DNA from: Ministeria vibrans ATCC 50519
Taxonomy: Eukaryota; Protista; Filasterea
Assembly (NCBI GenBank): GCA_943704425.1
Contig: CALSCP010000572.1
Coordinates: 25,753 to 89,752, forward strand
Direction of reading: 5' to 3'
DNA: 64,000 bases
Part shown: piece by piece, positions 12,001 to 23,032 of the stretch
Numbering within the stretch: position 1 is the stretch's first letter
Layout: every line of letters starts with the position of its first letter
The notes under the pieces: model-generated
The model's input: only the letters and a program-made list of their open reading frames with translations
Told to the model about the DNA's origin: nothing
The model's database searches: none
Translations under genes and position numbers: made by a program

Positions 12001-15000
12001 AGCGTCTGCGTGTCGCGGTGGACGAGTCGTACCGCGACGTGGCGAACAGCAAGAAGAATCTACAGAGTCACAAGGTGTTTGCGGCCGAGGTGGCCTCGAG
12101 CGAGAATGAGAATACCGTCAAGAGTTTGGTGGCGCGTGCGGAGGGACTGAGCAAGTCGCGTACCGACGAGCTGCAGCAGTTGTGGAATCAGTTGCGTACG
12201 AAGACGACGGAGCGCGGACAGCGCTTGCAGGAGGCGGTGGATGAGTTGCAGTTCAATGGGAATGTGGACGACACGGAGGTGTGGTTCAATGAGATGCGCA
12301 TTGTGCTGACAAGCGACGAGACAGACCTGGGTCAAAATCTTACGAGTGTCGAGCAACTGCTGACGAACCATCGGGCGCTGGCAGACACGGTCAAGGGTCA
12401 CCGTGCGCGCGTGGATGGTCTCGTGGCGACCGCACAGGGACTGGTAGACGCCGAACATTTTGATGCGGAAGCGATCGGGGTGAAGCGCGATGTGTTGCGA
12501 GACAACTATGGCAGTCTGGAGAAGCTTGTGGAACAACGCATGGAGAAGCTGGAACACTCGCAACGGCTGCAGGTGTTCCATCGTGACGCTGACGACGAGA
12601 TTGCATGGCTTGCCGAGCGCCAGTCACTGGCCGAGGCGAACGACGTGGGACGCGACGCGAGTAGTGTCGAGACTCTACTGAAGCATATGTCGGCGCTGGA
12701 GGCGGAAGTGGCTGCGCGACGACCCGCTCTGGATGGGGTGATTGCGCGCGGACGTGAAGTGGGCGGCGACAGCGTTGCGACGGTGCAGATGCGCGTGGAT
12801 GCACTCGAGGCGGCGTGGACGGCGCTTGAGACAGCGATGGGGGTGCGACGAACTCAGCTGGGGGCTGCCGAGGCATTCCACCAGTGGAATGTCGAGATGG
12901 AGGAGCAGATGATTTGGATGCAAGAGCGCCGCGCGCCGCTGCAGAGTCAGGACTTTGGCCATACGGCGGCGGCCACCAAGTCGCTGCAGCAGCAGATGGA
13001 CGCCATGGAGGAGGAGCTAAGTGCACAGGCGCAACGTGGAGCGGCTCTGGCGAAGCGCGGACGAGCGCTCGCCGAGGTGGGCGGCACACTGACACTGGAG
13101 GCGCAGCAGGAGCAAGTGGCGGCGCGTGTGACTGCCTTTGATAATGGCCTGGAGGAGATGGGAGCGTTGTCGTCGGAGCGACGACAGGCGCTGAAGGACA
13201 CGGAGACGCTACATGCGTTTATGTCGCAGGCGGATGGCGTGGAGGCATGGGTGCGCACACAGGAGCAGCGATTGCGCACGGCGGCCGTGGGCAAGAATCT
13301 ACCGGACGTGCTTAAGCTGCTCAAGGAGCACGAGCGTCTGCAGGGCAACGTGGAGGCATCGCGCGACCGACTAGTGTCGCTGGAGACGGAGCTGCGTGAG
13401 CTGGTGCAGCAACAACATCGCGACGTGGAGGTGATGGAGGCGCGGTATGTGGCGGTCGAGGAGCTGTGGGATGGTATGCAGGTGGCGGCGGAGAACCGAG
13501 AGGACAAGTTGCACTCGGCGGAGACAGCCTTCCGCAAGCTGGACGAGATGTGCCTGACGTTTGCCAAGAAGGCGTCTGCGTTTAACAGCTGGCTTGAGAC
13601 GGCGGAGGAGGACCTCACGGAGCCGGTGCGCGTGAACAGCACCAAGGAGATTGATGCGCTGCAAGAGAACCTGCTCAAGTATCAGCAGGCGTTGCTGCCG
13701 TCCAAGGAGGACTTTGAGGAGCTGCAGGCGCTTGCGACGACTATTGAGGAAGTGGGAGGTGCGGGCGTAGTGAACAAGTTCTCGCCTGTGTCGATCACGC
13801 TGCTGAGCGACAAGTGGAACACGATTCTAACGTTGATGGAGACGCGCATTACGCTGCTTGACGACGAGGCGGATCGCCAGGACGACAACGAGGAGCTGCG
13901 GACGTCGTTTGCAGACCGTGCGAATGCGTTTGCAGGGTGGGTGATGGAGACGCGTCTGTCGCTGACGGACTCGCAAGGGATGGAGGACCTTGAGAAGCAG
14001 CTGGCGGTGATTCGAAAGACGGCGTCGGAGATTGCGGCGCATCGGGCGGACCTGAGCGAGTGCGAGCGAGTCGGGGCGATGCTGGAGGAGGCGCAGGTGT
14101 TTGACAATGAGCACACGGAGCACACGCCGACGGGACTGGCGCAGCAGTACGACCAGCTGGAGCAGCTTGTGAAGCGCATGGAGACCAATGTGCAGCAACA
14201 GATTGAGATTCGGGCGAGCAGTGGGGTGAGCGATGCGCAGCTGAAGGAGTACCGCGACACGTTTGCCTACTTTGACAAGAACAACTCGGGCTCGCTGTGC
14301 TATCCCGAGTTCAAGGCGTGTTTGCGGTCGCTTGGGTATGACTTCCCGATGCTCAAGGAGGGCGAGCAGGATCCCGAGTTTGAGCGTATTCTGAGCTATG
14401 TTGATGTCGACGGCAGTGGCGAGGTCGGTCGCGAGGAGTTTGTTGCGTTTATGATTTCGCGCGAGACGGAGAATGCGGATCGGGCGGACGACGTGGTCGA
14501 GGCGTTTCGGTCGACGGTGGACGGTCGGCCGTACATCACCAAGGCGGAGCTGGAGCGGGCCCTGCCGGCCGAGCACGTGGAGTATTGCATCAAGCGCATG
14601 GATGCGTTCAGGAATGACGAAGGCTTTGCCATCAAGGGTCGCTACGACTACACGATGTTTACGCGCGCCATGTTCCTCGAGGCGAAGACAGAGGCGATGC
14701 AGGTGCTTGAGGAGCAGATGCGGGCAGAGAGCGAGATTACGGAAAAGGACGACAAGGAGGCGATTGAGAATGAGATGTCCATTTGGCAGGATGAGCTTGC
14801 GGCGATGCGTGCGTTGGAGGAGCAGCGGATGCGCGAGGATGCGGATGCGGCGGATGCGGCGCGGATGCAGTACGAGCAGGATGCGGATGCGGTGGAGGAC
14901 GCGCTGCGTGCGGAGCAGGAGGCGAATCGCAAAGGGATGGTGGCGCGACTGAGTGAGCTGACGCAGCAGGAGCAGGTCAAGTTGGGTGAGGTTGCGAGGG

Positions 15001-15890
15001 AGCGTGAACGTGAGGCGGCCGAGGCGCGACTGGCGGCGGTGCAGCGCGCGATGGAGGAGCGTGAGCGAGTAGTACGCGAGCAGGCGGTGCGCGAGGAGAG
15101 TGTGCGCGAGGAGGCGGCACGACGGGAGGCGGAGGAGCGCGCGACGCTGGTCAAGGGACTTGTGTCGGTGGTGTCGGGGGAGGAGGAGGCGGCGACACGC
15201 GTGAGCCAGAGCAAGGAGCGCAATGCGGCGACGATGGAGAAGTGTCGCGCTGAGGCGGAGGCGGAGTTGGAGCGCCAGGAGAAGCGACGGGCAGAAGCGC
15301 GCGAGCGGGCTAGTGCGGCTGCGGCGCGGATGCGTGAAGCGGAGGCGGAGCGTGCGCTCAAGGTGGAGGCCAAGGCGGCAGAGGCGCGTCGTGTCGAGGA
15401 GGAGCTGGAGGCGGCGGCGTTGAAGATCAAGGGTAGTGTGGTGGAGAAGCGGACGAGTGTGGAGACGCGTGTGCGACAGGAAGAGGAGCAATTGAGTGGG
15501 TGGGAGCGGGAGCGGGAGGCGCGCACGGAGGCGGAGCGACGAAAGAAGCAGGCGCAGAAGCGGGAGGAGGCGGAGCGTAAGGCCAAGGCGGAGGCGGAGA
15601 CGAAGGCGCGTGTGGAGCAGACGCGACTGACGGCGGAGCGACGGGCGCGGGAGGAGGTGGAGCGGGAGGTAGCGGAGCGCAAGGCGAAGTTCCTTGCAGA
15701 TAAGGAAGCGATGCAGGCGCAGGCCAAGGCAGACGCGGAGGAGCAGTTACGAGAGAAGGAGGAGCGCAACCGGGTGAAGCGTGAGTCTGCGGAGCGCGCA
15801 GCCAAGGAGGAAGCGGCGCGCATTGCCCGCGAGCGCAAGGCTCTGGAGGAAGCCAAGGCCAGTGCGAAGCAGACGGCCCTTGCCAAGTAG
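1..15890 (+). CDS. Giant alpha-spectrin-like protein (5' end outside window; about 44 spectrin repeats in view, C-terminal EF hands, about 400-aa charged tail)
   Basis: Frame is open from base 1 (ALENAWQSRQTRLEQSHALQLF...). ORFs 85-6273 and 6201-15890 are separated only by the N-gap at 6181-6189. Continuous ~106-aa repeats (e.g. ATDESFRDPTNLVVKVKQHEAFEAEV). Alpha-spectrin C-terminal signatures LTFAKKASAFNSWLETAEEDLTEPVR and EF-hand region FAYFDKNNSGSLCYPEFKACLRSLGYDFPM...FMISRETEN...YDYTMFTRAMF. Confidence 0.92.
1681..10113 (+). repeat. Intragenic near-identical tandem super-repeat, period about 3813-3816 nt (12 spectrin repeats)
   Basis: 1681-~3350 recurs at 5494-~7283 and partly at 9429-10113; 3833-6180 recurs at 7768-10113. 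Identical antisense ORFs in the track are offset by 3813 and 3935 nt (3935 = 3816 + 119 nt from the gap and its duplicated flank). Confidence 0.9.
6071..6299. other. Assembly gap (N 6181-6189) with duplicated flank
   Basis: 6190-6299 repeats 6071-6180, which explains the apparent frameshift in the spectrin ORF. Confidence 0.9.
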
Positions 15891-16207
15891 TAGTCCTGAG
15901 AGTTACATTGACATACGATTGTGTGTGTGTGTGTGTGGCAGAGAGAGAGTCGACTGGGCCGCTGCAGCGCCCTGAGGAAGGTCGGGCGCGTGCACCTCGT
16001 TCGTTCGCCCAAACCTCCTTTCCTCTCCCTTGCGCCGTCTGTGAGTTGTTTTTTGAACCAGACCAACTGCATTTGCCTTGCCCGCCGCCCCCCCACAGTC
16101 TTCCTGCACTCCTCGTTCGCCTCCCATCCCTAGCAAGTCCTCCTTTGCAAAGTTTGACGAAATTCTCGACAGCCAACGGCGAATCCTCCTCAAACAGNNN
16201 NNNNNNN

Positions 16208-16239
<32 letters not shown>

Positions 16240-16309
16240 AGAGAGAGAGGAAGAGAGGGAGAGAGGGAGAGAGAGAGAGAGTATTTTTCTTTAATCAATG
16301 GTAATACAA

Positions 16310-16712
16310 TCAATTGAATTGCGAAGTGACTGTGTGTGTTTGGTCTTCGTCTGATTGTGACTCAGAGTCTGAGTCGCTCTTTTCTTTTTTCTCTTCTTCT
16401 TCTTCTTCTTCTTCGTCTTCTTCTTCGCTTTCTTGCCACTTTGACGGACTCTGAACGGTCATTGCGATCCCTATGACATACATTGCAGTTAGAGGTAGCA
16501 ATTGAATGCTTTTTTTTCACGGACCTGAGCTGAGTTTGACAGATTGATCGAGTGAATTGATTTGATGTGGCTCCACTTTGCTGACAGATTCGGATTGGGA
16601 GTCGATTTCCATTGGTGCAGAGACACTCTGAGTGGACTCAAGTGCAGTGTTGATTCGCTTCATCGCTATTTGATCCGCTGAAAGAAATCGCGTCAGAAAG
16701 TGCGTGTGTGTG

Positions 16713-16753
<41 letters not shown>

Positions 16754-17956
16754 AAAGTGAGAGAGAGTTTTGATTGCTTAAATTTTTTACAATCAATTGG
16801 CTCTGTTGAAGAAAGGGCCTTTTCAAGAAGTTCAGTCAATTCAATTGCCTATACAACACAATACATATGTGAGGACATTGAGGAGAGAGAGAGAAACAAA
16901 GTGATAGAGAGAGGAAGGCTAGAGAGAAAGCGACAGAGAGAGAGAGAAAGGCTAGAGAGAAACAAAAAGATAGAGAAGGAAAGAAAAGAGAAACAAAGAA
17001 ACAAAGTGATAGAGGGAGAAGAAAAAAAGAAACACAATGATAGAGAAAGAAGAGAGAACAAAGTGATGATGATCTTCGGAATGGGTACCTTGACCGTCGC
17101 AATGTGAAGTGCGTGTTTGAGTGTGTGAGGCGCAATGGGCTGTGCGTGTGCCGTCGCACCCCGTACGTGCACGCAGCACAATTCACGGTGTGCATTCACT
17201 GCAACTGTCACATGTGCGTCGCTGACGGACTCCTCAAGGAGTGTGCAGTCGACGGCAATCCGTCCGCCTACCAAATTACATCCGATTACAATTATGATAA
17301 GTGATAGTGTGGGCACTCGAATGGACTGACCTGAGTCTAGCGGAATGTGACTTCCCTCGGCGGAAGCAGCGGCCGAGTCGGGCGGAAAGAAAAGCGCAAG
17401 GCTGATGGCGACGGGTGAGTGGTGGATGCTCAGTGGAATGGGATTGCTACGCTCAAAGAGAGGTTCAGACGCATCAAGTGACTGCCAGAACACATTTTTG
17501 AACTGACCGTTCTTTGATGTCGTGCACAACGACTGTTTCGCCATCAACAGACACGTCGGGACGTCTGAAGTGTCTGAGAGCGCCCGCCGTGGCGAGCACA
17601 GCAGCATCAACGGCATTTCCGTGAAAGTCCAAAACGTGCACATCAACGCGAAGCGAAAAGACCTAAGAAGACCGTAAAGAGGCGCAATGCGGTCGCAAGA
17701 CACACGGCACACGGACGCATGCTGACCTTTTCGCCCGCCTGGATGACGAGAGACTCGACGTCGACGGCGCGTGTCTCGCGGAAGATGCGTTCAAGGAGTC
17801 GGTTGAGCTGGACAGCATCGGCGGACGACGCACGCCCGTCGAAGGCCGGCGACGCCATGGGCGACAGCTCTGCATTGAAGTGGATGATGCCCTCGGTGGG
17901 GCGGTCGGCAAAGGGACGCACTACTTCACAGTGGACGTGCGCAACAACACTACTCA

Positions 17957-17999
<43 letters not shown>

Positions 18000-18210
18000 T
18001 TTCTGTCATTCCTCGGCTCCCTCTCTCTCTCTCTCTCGACGCCTCATACCGTGTTCGTCCCATCGTCACATTGCACTGGCCAGGAGCGGGAAATCCGATG
18101 CGGATCCGACGGTAGTCAAACAGATTTCGACCGTCGATGCGCAATCCTTGATCGAGCAGGCACGATCGAGCAAACTCCTTTTCGCAGTTGGCCAATGGAA
18201 GCTCTTTCAT
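16310..18210 (-). CDS. EXOSC9: Exosome complex component RRP45 (multi-exon)
   Basis: Spliced peptide MKELPLANCEKEF...RIDGRNLFDYRRIRI / RPTEGIIHFNAELSPMASPAF...DVESLVIQAGEK / VFSLRVDVHVLDFHGNAVDAA...HFRRPDV / PIPLSIHHSP / VAVNAHRELC, with an acidic tail. GT-AG introns, e.g. 18049-17950 and 17726-17663. The last exons are less certain. Confidence 0.92.
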
Positions 18211-18340
18211 AGCTATAGGCAATAGATGAAGACCGAAAAAAAAAAAAAAAAAAACTGATTACTGAAACAATCAATTATCAAACTCAATCATTCCTTCTTC
18301 TTATTGAGTGCACAAACAACTTTGTTTTGGTTTAAAAAGT

Positions 18341-19503
18341 CTACATATGATGGTGTTGATGAGGAGGCGGGTAGGAACGATAGCCACCGCCACCGCCGCC
18401 ACCACCGCCGCCACGAGAGTAGTCGCGATCCCGCGACGAATAGTCGCGATCACGACCATAGTCACGTCTGTAGCCTCCGCCACCGCCACCGCCACCGCCA
18501 CCGCCACGGTAGCCCCTTCCGCCGCCGCCACCACCACCGGGAATCTCATAGCTGAAGGGGCGGTTGGCATAGAGACGGTGACGCAGGTCACCGACAATGG
18601 GCTTGATGTGCATGAAGTTGCAGAAGGAGCCGCGCGTGCACGAGTCCTGCTCGTATTGCCGGCAGATGGACTCGCGGAAGTCGCTCACCGGCGACAGCTA
18701 CACACCCATACATACATCATCACCATCGTCAGAATAACTAATGCTTTCTTTGGGCGTACGCTTGCGTACCTCTGCGTTGATCACTCGCCCGGCAAACCAC
18801 CGATTGTTAAGACCCTCCACTGCTTTCGACGCATCTTCTTCAAACCGAAACTTGATGTACACATTGCCCAGCAGATGGTCGCCCTGGTTGTCGCACACGT
18901 GAATCTAGAGAGCAAACAAGAAAGAGACGGAATGAGACAACTTGTCTCTCATATATATATAAAAAAACACGCACACCAGAACAGAAAGATACACCGACAC
19001 ATTCCGCTTACTTCTTCGATTTCCCCGTATTTATCACCCATCTCGAGGAAGACGTCCTCGTAGAACTCCTAAAAGGACGCTGAGAAGCGCGTTTGAAGGG
19101 GAAAGGGCGATTCTTACCTCAAACGCCCTCTCAATGTCGACAGGAGTGCAGTCAACGACGGCTTTTCCGTCGTGCAGGTTGGGGCAGTACAGGGGGTTCT
19201 AAAGAGGCGGTGTGAGTGCGCGTGGGGCGTGCAGGGAAGGCGTGTGGCGCACCTGCCAGAAGTTTTGCAAAAGGACGACGGACGAAAAGTGTGGCTTAAT
19301 GTGCAAACGACTGCAGCGGTCGCCGTGGCGGCACGCGCCAATCTTAAAGTAGAACGAGCAGTTGACCCTGGAATGCGCGGGAAGGAGCGAGGGGGTGAGA
19401 GGAGCGAGTGAGTGAGTGAGAGAGAGAGAGAGAGTCACTGATCGTTTCGACGACGTTACTTGTCCTTTTCACTGCCGTAAATCGAGGCGAGAAACTCGGC
19501 CAT
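18341..19503 (-). CDS. U2AF1: Splicing factor U2AF small subunit (U2AF35), multi-exon
   Basis: [15 protein letters not shown] / [22 protein letters not shown] / EFYEDVF / [17 protein letters not shown]...[10 protein letters not shown] / [30 protein letters not shown]: two CCCH zinc fingers around a UHM domain, then a Gly/Arg/Asp tail. Confidence 0.97.
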
Positions 19504-19829
19504 TGCGGTTGTCTGTTAGTATAATAATAATAATAATAATAAATAATCATAAGTAAGAAAAATCAAAAAGTCAAAAAGTCAAGAGAATATCACATTTCCA
19601 ATAGTTAGAAAATGTTGAGAATCATAAAGAGCAGCACAACACTAAATAAACACTTGCGCTGTAGATGTCTGGAGTGGCTCTGGACGAAATTCACGAGAAG
19701 GATAATTTATACATTATAACGAATCACATATTTATTATACTTTTCAATTTATTCCTATTGTACAGTGGTTTGTATTCTTCTTTAATATTATTATTATAAT
19801 AATCAGACTTTATTATAGCTCTTTAAGGG

Positions 19830-22081
19830 TTAAGGACAGGTAGAATTGCTCCAGATCGGTCGATGTTGAGCAAGCCAGGCAGTCGCACCTGTTGCAAACG
19901 AAGCTGGCGGCGTTGAAATGAGTGGCGTGCACCAAGTGGACAGATCTTGGTTGAAGGCAGTCGCAAGGTTAAACATGCCTTCCATGTCAGTTGTACGCGT
20001 GGGCGTCCACGCACTGATGTCCTGGTTGAACAAAGATGTCTCTTCAAACATGAAACTCATGCTGATCACATTTGACACTGTTTAAGGGGACAGTAGCAAA
20101 ACAAAAGAGAATGAGTGGGAAATTGAGCGTATATATAATATTATATATATTGTGTGTGTGTGTGTAAGCACGTACCATTCCAACTATTAATGTTTCCATT
20201 AAAGTTGGACGAGGAAAACATATGTGACATATGCTCAACCTACGTAAAAACAAGAATGTCAATAAAACATTCTTTGCGTTTCGCTCTCGTACCGATTTGG
20301 TCTCCCACATGTCCAGATTGCCTGAAAAACTGGTTGTGCCGCGGAAGAAATAGCCCACGTAAAGGGCCTGAAGAGTGAAGAGACAACAATACAAGTAAGG
20401 ATCACAGAGAAGACGACACGCCCTGTGTTGGTTGTACGCTTTGGAGGTCAAAGTGAGCGAGCGACTGATTGAACGCGAAGGCGTTGTGAAGGAAGCTGGA
20501 GAAGTCAGTGACGCGGGAGGTGTCGAAGGAGAGGAGGGGCTGGTTGAAGAGACGGGCGTCGGCAAACATGGAGCTGAGGGTGGTGACTTGGCGGGTGTCC
20601 CAGGGGACGGGCTGGTTGAAGGCGTAGGCGTGGAAGAAGGTCTGTAGCATGGTGATGACTTGGGAGGTGTCGGTGAAGACGGGCGAGTTGAAGGCGGACG
20701 CGCTGAAGAAGGTCTGCACTAGGTTGGTCACTTGGCTGGTGTTCCACTGGTCCAGTGGCTGGTTGAACACGCGAGCCTGATGAAACGTCGACTGGAGCGT
20801 CGTAACGCGTGACGTGTCCCAGCTGTTGACTGGGCTGTTGAACAGATAGCAGTCCTTGAAGGTGGCCACGAGTGTGCGGACGTGCGACGTGTCAAAGTTG
20901 CCCACGCCCACGCCTTCAAACGCATGACATCCGTTAAAGAACGACGAAATGTCTTGGGCAGACGACGTCTACGCGTAAGGGACAACAATACATATGAGTT
21001 TTTCAAAAACGATTTCGTAATATAATAGTTAAGCATTATATGACTGTTGAGGTCGTACATCCCAAGTCGCAAAGGAAAAGTTCATCTTGGAGCAGCCGCG
21101 AAACATGTTAGCAAAGGTAGTGACACGGGAGGTGTTCCATGACGAGAGGTCGTCAACAAAGCTGGCGTCGCCAAAGAAGGTGCCCTGCATGAGAGTGACC
21201 TGACTCACGTCGAGACGGTCCAGACCCGTGTTGGCGCTGAGAGCAGTGCTTGCAAACGCCCAATCGAGTGACGTGGTGCCGTCCATGTTGAGTGTGTCGC
21301 TCGCTGTAATGGTGAGATGAGTGGCGCCCCAGAAGTACTGGCCCGTGTTGCCCAGCTGGAGCGATCCCCATTGGTAGATGTTGCGGATTTGCAGACGAGA
21401 CAACTGCGACACCATGACCCAGCCACGAAGTGTACCGGTGATTGTGATGTTGTACAATCCGGGCACAGTGTAGGCGTGTGTGGCAGCCACATCGTTGTAC
21501 GCACTGATCTCATCTTCGGCCGAATTGTCGCCCCAGTTCACGATGAAGTCGTAGTCGCCAGTGTCCGAGAGCGGGAGCACAACCGTCTCGCCCGCAAAGT
21601 CGGTCAGCCAGGACGAGATGAACGGCGGCCCGTCGCATCTCAGCCCAAAAGGACATGTACAGGTAAAGCCAGAGTCAACTGATGGCGAGCAGTCCGCACC
21701 AAAGCGGCAGGGCGACGAGGCACACTCGTCAACTTGTTGGCCGCAGAGACTGCCCGTAAATCCGACCGGACACACACACGAAAAGGAGTCGCCGTCGATA
21801 CACGTTGCCCCATTCTGACACGGCTGAGACACGCATGGCCCTAGGATCTGTGCCTCCAGGGCGGACACGCGCGCAGTCAGGCGTGCGAGGCGAGACACGA
21901 CCTCTACTTCGGTCAGTACTTCGTTTCCGTGTACGAACAGTTCAGACTTCACCAGAACACTCCCATTGGTCCCCAGAGCCAAAATGATATCGCCACCGCT
22001 GCTTGATATGCTAGGATCATCGCTCAAGGCAAAAACAGGCGCCAGTAGAGCGAGAACAAACGCCAAGACGACTCGACGCAT
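19830..22081 (-). CDS. Secreted protein: signal peptide, short coiled coil, 2 EGF, PKD-like module, DUF285/BspA-like repeats (multi-exon)
   Basis: MRRVVLAFVLALLAPVFA signal; CVSQPCQNGATC and VDECASSPC EGFs; YDFIVNWGD...HAYTVPGLYNITITG; repeats such as FNQPLDQWNTSQVTNLVQTFFSASAFN; C-terminus FNQDLSTWC...PIWSNSTCP. Pieces lie in ORFs 21029-22081, 20402-20911, 20044-20565 and 19830-20078; internal splice sites were not all resolved. Confidence 0.8.
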
Positions 22082-23032
22082 GATGGGAAAAAAATATGAG
22101 AGTTCCCTTTATTGATTGATCTTTGGGTTGTGAGATTTTATATGGAATGTTTACTGTCGTCAAAAAAATTTCCCCACTCACCTTATCCGTCAGATTGATC
22201 AAGTGCACACATCTGTTAGAGTGTCACAGCTGCCCCTACCCACGAAGACCTGCCCCTGTCATCCAAGCTTGTTTCGCAGACATGTACAAAAAAACGAAAA
22301 AAAAAACTTTCGCTCTCACTGTTCGCTCGCTCCCTTTGCATTTCGTGAACTCTGTGCCCTATTCCATGGCTAACATGCTAGCCTGTATCAACTGATGTGC
22401 ATTTCGCGCGCGCGCTCTCTCTCTAATGAGACTGTCCCGCAGAGTCAAAAAGCTCTCTGACGTCAAAAAGCATTGCTTTCGGGAATCCAACAGCACAACA
22501 GCCTTTTGCGCCATTCCACGACTGCCCCCAAATAGCACCACCTCATACGTTCCACCCATGGGTGCCTCGTAGAGCTGTGTGGATTCCTTATTTTGTGTCG
22601 TTGTTAAGGGTTCAAATATGTCGGTCACTTTTTCGCTTCCTCTCTCGTGCACTCCTCATTCCTCTCTGTCGCGCTCCTTCGCCTCCACCACCTCTCTCAT
22701 GCACCCTATATAAACACCCTGTGCAAGCAATCCGGCCCCCTTGCGCCCTCCATCCTCTCATCTCGCCCCACTCTGACGTGGCACGGCGGTTTTTCGCCTT
22801 GTGGTTAGTTTCCCTTCCCACTCCCTCCCCTACCCTTGTGCTGCCCTGTTTAGTTGCTGCCTTCTCCTCATCAAATTCCCCTTTGTCCCCGTGTTTCAAC
22901 ACCGTGTCTTTGTCGAATGTGTTTGTGTGTGTGTGTTGTTTTTTTTTTTTTTTTTGGAATCTTATCACTCAATGCCATTTACTTCTTTTCTGCTTTCATT
23001 TGAAGAAGTACAGGGTCACCTCTGGCAGCAAG

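Noticed and set aside
1138-16176. Long antisense ORFs over the spectrin gene (e.g. 4060-5259, 13827-15491, 14648-16096)
   Set aside because: Shadow ORFs expected from GC-rich, biased codon use; no recognisable domains.
16198-16238. Poly(A) tail of a retroelement
   Set aside because: It abuts an N-gap, similar A/T runs occur in many introns here, and no reverse transcriptase or target-site duplication is visible.
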